Positions 48,603-59,896 are shown, numbered from the stretch's first letter. The stretch is 64,000 nt of DNA from Candidatus Sumerlaeaceae bacterium (GCA_051003195.1 JBPCLP010000025.1:32001-96000), one strand, 5' to 3'. Numbers and translations: made by a program. The notes: generated by a model not told the origin, from the sequence alone.

Positions 48603-51600
48603 TTGGATCTCGCAATAGCACAGGAATTTCTCGACGAAGTAAATGCGAAAGCCGACGCGGGCGAACTCCTCAAGCGAATCGGCTATGCAAACGATAAAAT
48701 CCAAGTGGTTGGAGATGCCATCAAGGCATTTTGCCCGATCCATAAAGATAAGAAGTTTCGCTCGCTCCTTATTGAAAGCGGTAAACAGAGCTTCAAGTGC
48801 ACGCTGAAGACATGCGCCGGCGCGCAGGGTGGAACCCTTGTGGAGCTTTATGCGCTGGCGCGTAAGATGGAGCCGCTGCTTGCGGGCGCTGAACTGGTGG
48901 GAGCGCTTGACCTCGCTATTGATCCCGAATGGACGAGCCAGATTGCGGCAGCCATGCTTGAGGAAGCACAGCAGGCATTCGTCAGGCGTGAACCTGAGCT
49001 GGCCGAAAGTGCTGCGCGCCGCGCGCTTAAGTTTCAGCCGACGCTTGCCGATGCACGTTTATTACTTGCGACGATGTTTGCCGAACGCGGCGAGATGGCG
49101 CAAGCTGTGGATGAGTATGCCGCCCTCGTGGAAGGCTATCTTTCCGCCTCGCAATATGAGGAAGCCGACCAGACGCTCGAAAGCGCGATCGCTGCATTTC
49201 CGGACAGCGAAGACCTGCTGTTTCTGCAGGTGCGTAGCGCCGAGCAGCAGAATCAAACGGATCGCGCCGTCGAGCTACTGAATGAGATCGTTGGTCGACG
49301 TGAGGCAACCAACCGCCAGATGGATAACGTTGGCGTGTTACAGAAAATTCTCGAGCTGCGTGCGGACAATGCGGATGCCCATGTAAAACTTTCGGAAATT
49401 TACGAGCAGCGCCACGATATGCGCACGGCAGGCAAAGAGCTGGAGATAGCAGCCCGACTGCTGAAAGAACAGGGACGCAACGCCGACGCAATTCCACTTC
49501 TCGAAAGAGTTGTGAAACTTGCGCCTGAGATGGCGAAGACTCGCCTCGATCTCGCCGAGGAGCTGATTCGGGATGGCGATTATGCACGCGCCAAAGAACA
49601 GATTTTTGAAATCGCCAACCAGCAGATTGAGAACCAGAATTTCGCCGCCGCAGAATTAACAGCGCGTCGCTGGCTGGAAGTTGAACCGGAAAGTTTCGAG
49701 GTCCATGAGACACTGGCGCGTATCTACATGGACCAGGATCGGCAGTCGGAAGCCGGTGTCGAACTGAAACAGGCCGCCGAGTTTTCGCTGAAGCACGGTG
49801 AGTCGGAACGGGCGATGCAGTTCTTCTTCAGGGTTAAGTTTGTAGCTCCGGAGAACCTCGAGGTACGCCGACAGATTATCAGCCTGTTTGAGCAGCAGGG
49901 AGAAACGGAGCGTGCCGGTTTCGAACTGCTGGACCTTGCTGAAGTGCTGCTGGGGCAATCAAATCCGGAGGAAGCAGAGCAGGCGCTTACCAGGGCCGCG
50001 GATATTACAGATTCGCGCGATGTGAAGCAGCAGGTAGCAGACACGCTGCTGTCCCACGGACGCAACGATGCGGCGGAACAGCTCCTCAGGCAGATAATCA
50101 GCGAGGCAGAAGCTGACGCCGACCTGGCAGCGGTTGCCGATGCGAGCAGCACTCTGCTACAGATCCTGCCGGACGATGTGAGCCTGGCCTTTCGCCGATG
50201 CATGTGCCTCTGGGAGTGCGATCCGGACAGGGCGCTGGAAGAGACCGGAAGAGTTGTGGGCGATCTGTTGCAGGCAGGTGAACGTGAGAGTGCAGTAGAT
50301 CTGCTGCGTAAGGGCGCTGCTTACGCATCCGAATACTGCGAAGAAAGCCTGGATTGTCTGCGACAGGCGTTGGGTGTGCAGGACGCTGAGTCCGCCGGGA
50401 AATTTTACTCTGCTGTAATTCACACCGTTGCGGAAGAAGATACTGAGGCAGCCCTGCAACTTGCTCGCGAGATGACAGCACTGGACCCTTCGCACGCAAC
50501 GGCCCTGGCGGACTGCGGTGTGCTGTTCGCAAACGTCGGCATGACTCATGACTCTGCCGAGGCGTATGTTCAGCTTGCGAAAATCAGTGAGTCGACTGGT
50601 GACCGTGAACTCGCGCTGCAGCATCTGGAGGATGCGCTATCGCAGGAACCTGAGCACTTAACCGCGCTGCAGCGACGCGCAGAGCTCGCGCTGGCGCATA
50701 CTGACGCCGACTCCGCGCGATCTTACTTTCAGGCATTCGTAGATGTACTCCAGGTGCGTGGTTCGGAAGATGAGCTACGGAGCGGACTGCGAACATACCT
50801 GGAATATTACCCGGATGATCTCGCCGTGCAAATGCAGCTTGCATCGTTACTGGTTCAAGCAGGCGAGGAACAGAACGCGCTTGAAATGTACCTTCGGATT
50901 GCGGAGCATGCCAGCACAACAGAAGCGGTCAGTCTCCAGGTAAACAGTCTGCAAAATGCAGTCGGCATCGCGGGGCGGGATGCGGCAATTCGGCAGCGCC
51001 TTGGAAAGGCTCTGAAACTTCACGGACAGGCGCAGGCTGCAGCTATCGAACTGCTTGAAGCCGCGCGACTTTTGTGCGAGTCGGGCAGCTTGTCCCAGGC
51101 GCGTACCGCAGCTGCTGAATCCGCAGAATCGGCTGACGATCCTCTCCAGGCGCTTGAGCTCCTGTGCACTATCGATGAGGAAATGAACGATCCCGAGCTG
51201 CTTGCAGAAGATCTGCCGCAGCTGATTGCACAGCTTCGCAGCGCTGGCCGTGTACATCAAGCTTTAGAACGGGCGAACCGGCTGCTTCAGCTGAAACCTG
51301 GTCTGGTAAGCCAGCGCATTGTCGCTGACCTCCGCGCCGAAAACGGCGACACAGACGAAGCGCTGAAGGAATACACGCTTCTTGCGCAGCAGTATGAGGA
51401 GCAGAAGGATTATCCGGAGGCGCTGGCCATTCATGCGGAAATGGCTCAACTGCGGGCGCCGAATCTTGATACGCTGCATCGGCTTGTTCGGCTCGCGGAA
51501 AAGACCAGTCCCGAAGCGGCGGCTTCGGCGAAGCTGCAATTAGGCCAGGCTTTGCTCGCATCTGGAGATGTGCTGGGGGCATTTGAAACCGCAAGAACGC

Positions 51601-54600
51601 TGGGTAAGCAAAACACCGGTGTCCTGGCCGCGGCGATGCTGCTGCAAAAAATTGGACGGGCTGCGGGCACATTGGAACAGGCGCTGGAAGCTTTTCTCGC
51701 CGCCGCCGAAGCATACGCGACGTTCCCTGAAAAATCGGAAGCCAAGATCGAGTGCCTTGAAGCGGCCCTGGCGCTTGATCCCGAAAACACCGCCGCGCAC
51801 CAGATGCTCGCTGAGCATTACGAAGCCGCGGGAGAAGCGGATTTCGCATTCTCGCACCGTGTCGCATTACTGCCCGTGGCAGCCGGATCGAAAAAACAGA
51901 ATGCCTGGAAACAGGAACTTGCAAAACTGCGTGTGCTGGCAGCCGATGATCCGGGCAAGCACCTCGAGCTTGGCAGGCGCGCGCTTCGCAGCGAGCAGGT
52001 AGCATATGCACTGGAGGACTTTGAAAAGGCCGCAGAGTTGGGCGCCGCAGCCGGGGATGATCCTGTTGTCCTGGAGTCCGCCGACGCTGCAGAGGCACTG
52101 GTGTTTAACTCCGTGGTGTTATGTCGCGCGAAATTTGACGTCCTGCTTTCTTCCGGTGATAAGGAAGTTGCGAAAGTATGGCTGCGCGAATGTGCGCAAC
52201 AGGCACTACGAAGCGACAAGGCCTCCGAAGCCGAAGACTACGCACAACGATGGATTGAACTCGACCGCGCCGATGCCGATGCGCTGGAACTGCTGGCGGC
52301 TGCCTACCAGAAACAGAACCGTACCCAGAAAGCCGTGGATACTTATATTGCGCTGGCTAATCTGCTTAAATTTGCTGGCGATTACGAGCGTTCCATCGCT
52401 ATTCTTCGTCAGTGCCTCGCCGTCGACGATCAGTCCGTCCCAGCGCGACAGCTCCATTGGCAGGTGCTGCTTGAGGCAGATAAGCAGAACGAAGCATTAC
52501 AGGAGATGCACCAACTGGCTGACTTGCTGATTGAGCGGCAGTCATACCGCGACGCTTGTACGCTGCTATCGCGAATTCTCGATTATCGCACGAACTCCGA
52601 GCAGACGCTGGAGCGCCTGGCTTCTCTTGTTCACGAACACGAGGGATTCGCGAAGGCCTCCCCATACTTTAGAAAACTCATTCAATTGAAGAGTGCGACA
52701 CTTCCGGCGGACCAGATGGCGGCCGAGTACGAACGCATCTTGAAGCTTGAAGGGGTCGATGCCGAGTTTCGCCGGGAATATGCGGACTTTTTAAAAGCGC
52801 AGGGGCTGCTGCCCGATGCCAAGGAACAATACCTTCACACCGCACAGGTGTACCGCGACGAATTGAATTCTCCCGAAAAAGCAGTCGAGCTTTTCATCCT
52901 TGCCGTGGAACTGCTTCCAGAGAGCGGCGACTCTCCCATCTACGAGGAAGTGGCCAGGCTGCACCAGGCATCAGGCAATCTGGAGGACGCGGTCGCAGCC
53001 CTCCGGAAAGCATCGAGACAATACATTGCTGCAGGTGAGAGCAAAAAGGCGGTGCAGTCTATCCGCAGAGCCCTGGAGATAGACATCGGTCAGGACCGAG
53101 CGGCGGACGAGGCTCTCCTCGCTCATGCACTGGTTGCAGCGGGGGAAAAGAAAAAGGCGAAGGAAGCGTTTAACCAGGCGTTCATAAAAGCGCAGTCGCC
53201 AGACAGCTCTCTTCCAGAATCAGTGCAACGCGAAGTCTACACGACACTTTTAGCGGCTGATCCGCTGCATGTGGAAAGCGCTCTTGCGCTGCTGGCGCTC
53301 TTACCAACCGGCGATGTTGCGCCGTCTGCGCTGGAGACCCTTGGCGCTTTCAAGGAAGCAGGGCGTCACGAGGATCAAATTCGTATTCTCAAGGCGGCAC
53401 GCTCCGCCGCACCTGCGGATATACAGATTCGTCAGGAGTTGGTTGGCTTATACAGGTCGCGCGGCGATACTGCGAAATTGCAATACGAGCTCGCCGACCT
53501 TGTGCGCACTGCCAGCGCCGCAAAACAGCATGATCATGCCCGCGAGGCGCTGGAAGAGCTTACGTGTCTCCCGCCATCGGCCGACCTTAAGCTGCAGGTA
53601 GCGCCGCTCTATTTTCAGCTCGAGGATGAGGAGCAGGCCGTCGCCGCCTACTGCAGCGCTGCTGAGCTTTTCGAGGAAGCGGGGCAGAGCGACGATGCGG
53701 TGGATGCTTTGCGGCATGCACTCCAAATCAATGGCAACTCGGTACCTGCCGCCCTCGTTGCTTCGCTGGCGCGCAAGGGAGGCGCCGAGGTTCGAAAGAT
53801 TGCGCGCGACATTCTCGAAGCGGCATTGATCGCCCGCACACGTACAAGATCACTGGTACTCGCGGTGGCCCTTTTGGAACGAGAACCCCTGGAGGAAGCA
53901 AAGCGGCTGCTGAGCATGGTTTTTATGCGCGGCGGTGCAGGGTTTGTCGCCGCGATTGCCGGAACCCATGCGGACTGGCTGCTGGAAGCGGGAAGAAGCG
54001 ACGATACCGCAGGGGTTGTGACGTTCATAACGCAATTGGCTCCGAACTCACCGGATGTATGGTGGCTCGCGTCCCAATTGAGAAAGCGCTGCGGCGACAA
54101 AGCGGGTTCCGCCGAGGCCGCACTGAAAGCGGCACAGCTATACAATGAAGCTGGCGCCGTTTCTGAGGAGGAGAGCTGCTACCGCGACGTTTTGGACGAG
54201 ATTCCGGAAGACGCGGCGACGCTACAGACGCTGGCGTTTTTTTACGAACGCGAGAAGCGCGGTGAAGAAGGCATCGAAGTCATGCGCCGGCTGGCTGCCA
54301 TCGCGCATAATGCAGGCGATGTAACCGGCGGATTAAGCTGGCTGCGGAAGGCGCTTGATTTGGGCCCCTCCCAGGATGAGTTGCGCGCGCAATACGCAGA
54401 ACTGCTTCAGGTTGCCGGCAAATCTGACCAGGCGCTTGAGCAATGGCTGGAGGTTGCGCGACGCAGCGCCAAGACTGGAATCCCGGACCGCGCAGTCCAC
54501 GCCTACCAGAAGGTACTGCAGCTGGAGCCGGAGAACGAACACGCCCTCAGCTTCCTCCTGGATGCAGCAACGCGAGCTGGCGATGAAGCCGAGGTCCGCC

Positions 54601-57461
54601 GGCTCTCGCTCATATTGGCAGAGATTAAAGCAGAAACCGGCGCAGTCATGCAGGCGTGTCAGCTTTTGAAGAACCTGGTACAGAAAGATCCCGGCAACAT
54701 CGAAGCCCTGGAAAAACTGTCGGCATTTTCGCTGCTGGCACACGATGAAGAAGGACACCGCGTTGCAGCGCTGAATCTCGGCAACAGGCTGGTAAAGCGC
54801 GGCGATTACCTGCGCGCCATGGAGCAGCTGGAATCGGCACTCGAGTACGACACCAGCAATCTCGAAATCCTCCAGACGCTGATCGACTGCTGCGCAGCCG
54901 AAGGTATCCTGGATCGAGGCGCTTCCTTCGCGATGCGTATGCTACAGGCCGCGAAAGCCGCTGGCCAGCCGGAGCGCGTGCGCCAGGCAGCCAGCACTAT
55001 CCTCGGCTACGACGAGCAGCACACCATTGCGCGCCGCGAACTGGCTGAGGCGCTACTGTGCATGAACCGCCTGCCCGATGCCATTGCCGAATGGCAGCGT
55101 GCCGCAGAACAATTGGTATCTGATAAAAACCCGGCCTATGCGCTGGAGTGCTACCGCAGGATTGTGCAGGTCAGCCCCTCGCATATCCAGGCATGGCGCA
55201 AACTCGGCGACCTATCCCTGCTTACCGGTGATTCAGACGCTGCGCGCGGCGCCTATCTGCATCTGCTGGAAGTGTACTCCCAGTCCGGCGAAATTGAAAA
55301 AGCTGATGCGATGATCGCACGAATGCTTCAGCTGGACCCAGAGGACGCAGAACTACACCAGGAAGCGCTGGATGCATACAGGCGGACTGGTCGCAATGAG
55401 CACGCGATGGAGCAGGTGTTATGGCTGGTTCGGGATGCGATGGCAGCCGACGATCACGAAGAAGCCGAGCGCCTCATTGATCTTGGCAATGCCATTGCGC
55501 CGGACAGCCTTGCGTTGCAGCAATGCCAGCTGGAGGTCATCCGCAAACTTGGACGGACCGATGAGCTGCAATTGCGCCTGCGAGAACTTGCCGACAAGAT
55601 GCTGCACGCAGGGGAATTGCAAAGAGCAGCCGATGTGCTCGAGCAGATGCGAGACGCAGATCCCGAGAACATAGAGCTGCGAAAGGAAATTGCATCCACA
55701 CGGATGCAGCTCGGTGAAATTCCACCAGCCATAGCAGAATACGCCTATGTCCTGCGCGAACTGATCCAGCGGCAGGAAACAGAGGAAGCACGAAGCACGG
55801 CGGACCAGATAGCGGCGCAATACGCCGACGTACTGGAGCTGCGAGCGCGCATCGGTGAAGTCTTTGCACAGAACGGCATGGCGGACGTCGGTTCCCGTCA
55901 CTACATGGCGTGTGCGGAACTGGCCTACTCCGCAGAGGACCCGCTGGCGCAACTTCATTTTCTCCGCCTGGCCGTTGATGCACGACCGCGCTGGGCAGAG
56001 GGATACGAGAAGCTGGCGGAGGCGGCCCTAGCCGCCGATGACACGCAGGCGGCAGACACCGCATATGGGTCACTGGCCGAACTTTTAATAGAAGCCCGTA
56101 AATTTCCGCAGGCAGCTGCCACTCTGCGCACGCAGATTTCCCTGTTCCCAAAGCATGAACTTCCGCGTGCCCGATTAGTCGATTTATATGAGCGCACCGG
56201 AGATCGTGAAAACGAGGCGGTCGCTCTCCGCGAACTGGCAGACTTATACATTGCTGGGGGGATGATGGACGAAGCAGTCGAGAGCTATAAACGGCTGGTT
56301 ACGCTTCGGCCTGACGATCCGAAAACCCTGCAGAGGTATATTGAGCATTTCGCGCAAGTCGGAAACGAACTTGAAATCGTCGGCGAGTATCTGCGGCTTG
56401 CGCAGGCCTACGCCGCCAGCGGGAAATTGCAGGAGGCAATCCAGACGTTCGAGCAGGTCGCGTCCATTGACCGCAAAAACCCTGAGATTCATGAGAAGTT
56501 TGCCGCGTTACTGCTCACAAATGGTCAGAAGGGCCGAGCACTGGCAGAGCTGCGAAAGCTCGCGGATATTTATCAGCAGAAAGGTGAAATGGACGCCGCG
56601 GTCGAAGTGCTTCATGCAGGACTGGCTCTGGATCCAGAGAACGCGGAATTGTGCCTGACGCTTGCGTCGGGTCAGCAAAAGTGTGGACTGCGCGACGAAG
56701 CGCAAACCAGCTACGCTCGCGCAAGCAACATTCTCAGTGGCACGACGGCAGTAAAAGCCATGGATGTTTACCGTGGAATGCTGGCGCACGATGAAGAGAA
56801 CACCGAGATACGGCGCCGCCTGTGTGATTTGCTGGTCGAGTCGGGTGAACCTGCCGATGCCGCCGCTCACGCACGGAAGCTTGCTGAAATCCACTGCGGA
56901 CGTGGTGAGATGGATGACGCCGAAGACGCATATCGTATCGCTTCGGAATTGCAGCCGGAATCAGTCGATGCCTTAATGCAGGAAATTCAGAAGCATGCGC
57001 GCGATCCGTTTCTTCAGTACCTTGCCTACATTCGCCTGGGCAATCGGTTGTTCGAGGATGGCGACATTGATAGAGCTCTCGACACTTACCGCACAGCGCG
57101 ATCGTTGAATGACGAACGTCCCCAGACCATCCAGAAGTGTGTGGATTGTGTGAGCCTGATTGCTCCCGAGGCTGAAGCAATTCCCGATTACATCGCGCTG
57201 GCCGAGCGCTACATGGTGGCTGGCGATCCCGCACGCGCACGCAAGGTTTACGAACACATTGCGCGACTTGACCCATTTAACGCAGATGCAGGCAGAGGCC
57301 TTGTCGCTGCTGTGCAAGCAGAAAACGGTGCGAGATCGGTGCACAAGGCCGACACACGGCACGATCGCCAGGTACTTGGCCGTCGCGAACGCAAGAAGCG
57401 CGTCGGTCTTGAGGAGTTACTGTCTGCCTGTAAAGACGCCGCCGCACAGGAACGTCACTGA
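48603..57461 (+). CDS. Giant TPR-repeat protein with N-terminal CHC2 (primase-type) zinc finger
   Basis: 2952 aa; CPIH-x18-C-x4-C in DnaG-like context, followed by many 'A...L..DP.N' helical repeats. Confidence 0.85.
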   Translation: MDLAIAQEFLDEVNAKADAGELLKRIGYANDKIQVVGDAIKAFCPIHKDKKFRSLLIESGKQSFKCTLKTCAGAQGGTLVELYALARKMEPLLAGAELVGALDLAIDPEWTSQIAAAMLEEAQQAFVRREPELAESAARRALKFQPTLADARLLLATMFAERGEMAQAVDEYAALVEGYLSASQYEEADQTLESAIAAFPDSEDLLFLQVRSAEQQNQTDRAVELLNEIVGRREATNRQMDNVGVLQKILELRADNADAHVKLSEIYEQRHDMRTAGKELEIAARLLKEQGRNADAIPLLERVVKLAPEMAKTRLDLAEELIRDGDYARAKEQIFEIANQQIENQNFAAAELTARRWLEVEPESFEVHETLARIYMDQDRQSEAGVELKQAAEFSLKHGESERAMQFFFRVKFVAPENLEVRRQIISLFEQQGETERAGFELLDLAEVLLGQSNPEEAEQALTRAADITDSRDVKQQVADTLLSHGRNDAAEQLLRQIISEAEADADLAAVADASSTLLQILPDDVSLAFRRCMCLWECDPDRALEETGRVVGDLLQAGERESAVDLLRKGAAYASEYCEESLDCLRQALGVQDAESAGKFYSAVIHTVAEEDTEAALQLAREMTALDPSHATALADCGVLFANVGMTHDSAEAYVQLAKISESTGDRELALQHLEDALSQEPEHLTALQRRAELALAHTDADSARSYFQAFVDVLQVRGSEDELRSGLRTYLEYYPDDLAVQMQLASLLVQAGEEQNALEMYLRIAEHASTTEAVSLQVNSLQNAVGIAGRDAAIRQRLGKALKLHGQAQAAAIELLEAARLLCESGSLSQARTAAAESAESADDPLQALELLCTIDEEMNDPELLAEDLPQLIAQLRSAGRVHQALERANRLLQLKPGLVSQRIVADLRAENGDTDEALKEYTLLAQQYEEQKDYPEALAIHAEMAQLRAPNLDTLHRLVRLAEKTSPEAAASAKLQLGQALLASGDVLGAFETARTLGKQNTGVLAAAMLLQKIGRAAGTLEQALEAFLAAAEAYATFPEKSEAKIECLEAALALDPENTAAHQMLAEHYEAAGEADFAFSHRVALLPVAAGSKKQNAWKQELAKLRVLAADDPGKHLELGRRALRSEQVAYALEDFEKAAELGAAAGDDPVVLESADAAEALVFNSVVLCRAKFDVLLSSGDKEVAKVWLRECAQQALRSDKASEAEDYAQRWIELDRADADALELLAAAYQKQNRTQKAVDTYIALANLLKFAGDYERSIAILRQCLAVDDQSVPARQLHWQVLLEADKQNEALQEMHQLADLLIERQSYRDACTLLSRILDYRTNSEQTLERLASLVHEHEGFAKASPYFRKLIQLKSATLPADQMAAEYERILKLEGVDAEFRREYADFLKAQGLLPDAKEQYLHTAQVYRDELNSPEKAVELFILAVELLPESGDSPIYEEVARLHQASGNLEDAVAALRKASRQYIAAGESKKAVQSIRRALEIDIGQDRAADEALLAHALVAAGEKKKAKEAFNQAFIKAQSPDSSLPESVQREVYTTLLAADPLHVESALALLALLPTGDVAPSALETLGAFKEAGRHEDQIRILKAARSAAPADIQIRQELVGLYRSRGDTAKLQYELADLVRTASAAKQHDHAREALEELTCLPPSADLKLQVAPLYFQLEDEEQAVAAYCSAAELFEEAGQSDDAVDALRHALQINGNSVPAALVASLARKGGAEVRKIARDILEAALIARTRTRSLVLAVALLEREPLEEAKRLLSMVFMRGGAGFVAAIAGTHADWLLEAGRSDDTAGVVTFITQLAPNSPDVWWLASQLRKRCGDKAGSAEAALKAAQLYNEAGAVSEEESCYRDVLDEIPEDAATLQTLAFFYEREKRGEEGIEVMRRLAAIAHNAGDVTGGLSWLRKALDLGPSQDELRAQYAELLQVAGKSDQALEQWLEVARRSAKTGIPDRAVHAYQKVLQLEPENEHALSFLLDAATRAGDEAEVRRLSLILAEIKAETGAVMQACQLLKNLVQKDPGNIEALEKLSAFSLLAHDEEGHRVAALNLGNRLVKRGDYLRAMEQLESALEYDTSNLEILQTLIDCCAAEGILDRGASFAMRMLQAAKAAGQPERVRQAASTILGYDEQHTIARRELAEALLCMNRLPDAIAEWQRAAEQLVSDKNPAYALECYRRIVQVSPSHIQAWRKLGDLSLLTGDSDAARGAYLHLLEVYSQSGEIEKADAMIARMLQLDPEDAELHQEALDAYRRTGRNEHAMEQVLWLVRDAMAADDHEEAERLIDLGNAIAPDSLALQQCQLEVIRKLGRTDELQLRLRELADKMLHAGELQRAADVLEQMRDADPENIELRKEIASTRMQLGEIPPAIAEYAYVLRELIQRQETEEARSTADQIAAQYADVLELRARIGEVFAQNGMADVGSRHYMACAELAYSAEDPLAQLHFLRLAVDARPRWAEGYEKLAEAALAADDTQAADTAYGSLAELLIEARKFPQAAATLRTQISLFPKHELPRARLVDLYERTGDRENEAVALRELADLYIAGGMMDEAVESYKRLVTLRPDDPKTLQRYIEHFAQVGNELEIVGEYLRLAQAYAASGKLQEAIQTFEQVASIDRKNPEIHEKFAALLLTNGQKGRALAELRKLADIYQQKGEMDAAVEVLHAGLALDPENAELCLTLASGQQKCGLRDEAQTSYARASNILSGTTAVKAMDVYRGMLAHDEENTEIRRRLCDLLVESGEPADAAAHARKLAEIHCGRGEMDDAEDAYRIASELQPESVDALMQEIQKHARDPFLQYLAYIRLGNRLFEDGDIDRALDTYRTARSLNDERPQTIQKCVDCVSLIAPEAEAIPDYIALAERYMVAGDPARARKVYEHIARLDPFNADAGRGLVAAVQAENGARSVHKADTRHDRQVLGRRERKKRVGLEELLSACKDAAAQERH

Positions 57462-57497
57462 GACACAAACCCCCGGCGGCGCACTATATCCTGCGTG

Positions 57498-58262
57498 CTA
57501 TATCATTCCCGTTCCGCTTGCCGGGCCGCTGTCCGATTTCCATGGCCGCACTTTGCGGCACACGAGCATCGTGAACTTCGAAGCCCAGGCTGCCTCTCCT
57601 TTGCCGATTGCGACTTTCATGTCATCCACGCCTTTGGCGAACTCCTCTTCGCTTAACGTGGCAAGGCCAGTAAGTTCGCGATGGGCAATTGCACGCAGCA
57701 GAACTTCATCAATTTGCAGCTGCCCTTCCAGCACAACTCGCTTTGCACAGTAGAGCCCCTGCTTTTCCAGCATCTTCTCCAGCACCGGAATTTCCGTCAC
57801 GAGCGGCAGAGCGCGATTCACAGCTTCCGGAAAGAACTTCGCCAAGCCGTCATGCTGCAAGTTCTCGCGGCTGCGCGCAACAAAAGCGAACAGCCTGGTT
57901 GTCCGTGTAACGCGTGCGGCTTCGCGAACGAAGGCTTCCACATCGGTTTCATAGTGCAGTGCGTCCACGCTGATCAGGAGATCGACGCTGTCGTCGGCAA
58001 CGGGCCACTGCCAGGGGCGTGACACAGATTGTACCGGTAGGTCCACTGTCACACGTACTGCCGCCGGTATGCTGAGCGATCGTGCATAACTACCGGCGCC
58101 AATTCCCACCTCGGCGACAGTGTTTCCCTCTTTCAGGCCGTTCGCGAGCTGCTGTAATTCCTCTTCCACCCAGGTAGCGTTTGGCCAGCTGCGCACCCGC
58201 CGTTTAGGATTACCCCCAGCCAGTTGCGGATTCACGATCGCCAGTTTCGCCTCGCTCGCCAT
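57498..58262 (-). CDS. Class I SAM-dependent methyltransferase
   Basis: EVGIGAG, PVADDSVDL, DALHY and EAARV. Confidence 0.75.
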   Translation of the reverse strand: MASEAKLAIVNPQLAGGNPKRRVRSWPNATWVEEELQQLANGLKEGNTVAEVGIGAGSYARSLSIPAAVRVTVDLPVQSVSRPWQWPVADDSVDLLISVDALHYETDVEAFVREAARVTRTTRLFAFVARSRENLQHDGLAKFFPEAVNRALPLVTEIPVLEKMLEKQGLYCAKRVVLEGQLQIDEVLLRAIAHRELTGLATLSEEEFAKGVDDMKVAIGKGEAAWASKFTMLVCRKVRPWKSDSGPASGTGMI

Positions 58263-58393
58263 TTTCAAACTCCCGTCCAATTACTATCTGAACCAAGGTG
58301 CTGTAATGACGAACTTCAGGATCAAGTAAAAGGCGACGCCGTTCCATTTCGCGGTAGTAAACGCGAAACACTTGCGTACGTACTCGACCCGGA

Positions 58394-59362
58394 TTGTCTT
58401 CTAACCACATGCGCACTCGCCGGCCAACATTACTACACCATCTGGAATATGCCGGTTGGAAAACCGTCGGCGCGGCACTGAAGATTGTGCCTAGGAGGGG
58501 GATGGTGTTTATCGCAGACAGCGTGGGTTGGCTCCTGTATGGCGTTCTGCGGGTCCGTCGCACGGTAATTGACGAGCAATTGCGTATCGCTTTTGGCGAT
58601 TCGATAACCCGGTCCCGTCTGAACGTAATCGGAATGCAGGCATGGCAAAATGCGGTGCTCACCTTCTTCGAGTTTTTGCAGCCCGAGCCGCTGGCCGCAG
58701 TGGGCTGGGATGCGTTCGAACATCGTGAGGGCTATGCCGAGCACGTCCTTCCGCTTCTGGAGCGTGGCAACGCGTTAATCCTCACTGGTCATATTGGTAA
58801 CTGGGAAGCCCTCGGGAGGCTTGGCCCCGAACGGAACTTCCAAATCTCGGCGGTCGCCAAGCCAATGCACAATCCCCTCGTAAACCATGCGATTCTAAAA
58901 GCGCGTGCGAGACGCGGCCTGGAAGTTCTTTCCACAGCCGGAAGCCTGAAGAAAATTGTCGGTGCAGCACGGGACGGGAAGTGGGTTGCATTCCTTGGAG
59001 ACCAGGATGCGCGGCGTCATGGCATCTTCGTGGATTTCTTCGGCCAGCCGGCATCAACGGCAGAAGGGCCGGCCTATTTTGCGTGGAAGCTTAATCTGCC
59101 GCTGCTCCCCGCATTTTGCGTACGCGATCGTGATCGCCACCGAAAGCTGAAGCTTGTCGTGCTGCCGCCCATCATGCCGGATCCATCGCAGGACCGTGAT
59201 GTAGAGATACGACGCATTACCCGTTTGCATGTCGAGGCGCTCGAATCCGTCATTCGCCAGTATCCTGGGGATTACTTCTGGCTGCACCGCCGGTGGAAAA
59301 CCAAACCAAAGCGCAAAGGCAATAAGCACGAGACCAAAGCAGGTGCCAATCCCGCAAATTAA
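58394..59362 (+). CDS. Lipid A lauroyl/lysophospholipid acyltransferase (LpxL/HtrB family)
   Basis: TGHIGNWE, LGDQD, FVDFFG and YFWLHRRWK. Confidence 0.9.
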   Translation: MSSNHMRTRRPTLLHHLEYAGWKTVGAALKIVPRRGMVFIADSVGWLLYGVLRVRRTVIDEQLRIAFGDSITRSRLNVIGMQAWQNAVLTFFEFLQPEPLAAVGWDAFEHREGYAEHVLPLLERGNALILTGHIGNWEALGRLGPERNFQISAVAKPMHNPLVNHAILKARARRGLEVLSTAGSLKKIVGAARDGKWVAFLGDQDARRHGIFVDFFGQPASTAEGPAYFAWKLNLPLLPAFCVRDRDRHRKLKLVVLPPIMPDPSQDRDVEIRRITRLHVEALESVIRQYPGDYFWLHRRWKTKPKRKGNKHETKAGANPAN

Positions 59363-59374
59363 GTCTCCAGTATT

Positions 59375-59896
59375 CTAGATGCCTCCGGATTTGCCCCCGC
59401 CGCCTCCACCACGTCGACCGCCTCCCGAATCCATCGCAGCACCCGGCGCTCCGCCCGCACCGCTCGCAGCACCTGAGGCCTTGGGCGTCTTTGGCAGCGG
59501 CGCCAGCGAGCGGCCCTTGATGTCGTTCTCCTTCGCTTTTTCCTCGGCCGCGGTTTCTTCGATTGTCTTACCATAGGCCTTCCATTCCGTGGAACGCTGC
59601 TCGAGCGGGTAAAGATCGCGAACCGCCGTTGCGGGAATATACCCAATGGTCCCATTGAAACCAAACGTGACGACTTTGCCATCGGTCCCGAACGCCAGGA
59701 ATTTTTCGTCAGGCTTCAGCTGACCAATCACCTGGTTTGTGGACAAGGATGAGACTGCCACCGCCGCACCGGGCGCCTCGGGCAATCCGCTTAGCACCTG
59801 CCACTTCGGTGCATCGTGCACGGGCATCAGCGCAAGCTGCGCACTTGCCGCTGCGGCAAGGCTGACTACAAAGCATAGAAGGCACACTTGTTTCAT
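59375..59896 (-). CDS. Secreted hypothetical protein, SH3b-like
   Basis: GAGGAG RBS; signal peptide MKQVCLLCFVVSLAAAASA; VIGQL...FNGTIGYIP; Gly-rich tail. Confidence 0.55.
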   Translation of the reverse strand: MKQVCLLCFVVSLAAAASAQLALMPVHDAPKWQVLSGLPEAPGAAVAVSSLSTNQVIGQLKPDEKFLAFGTDGKVVTFGFNGTIGYIPATAVRDLYPLEQRSTEWKAYGKTIEETAAEEKAKENDIKGRSLAPLPKTPKASGAASGAGGAPGAAMDSGGGRRGGGGGGKSGGI

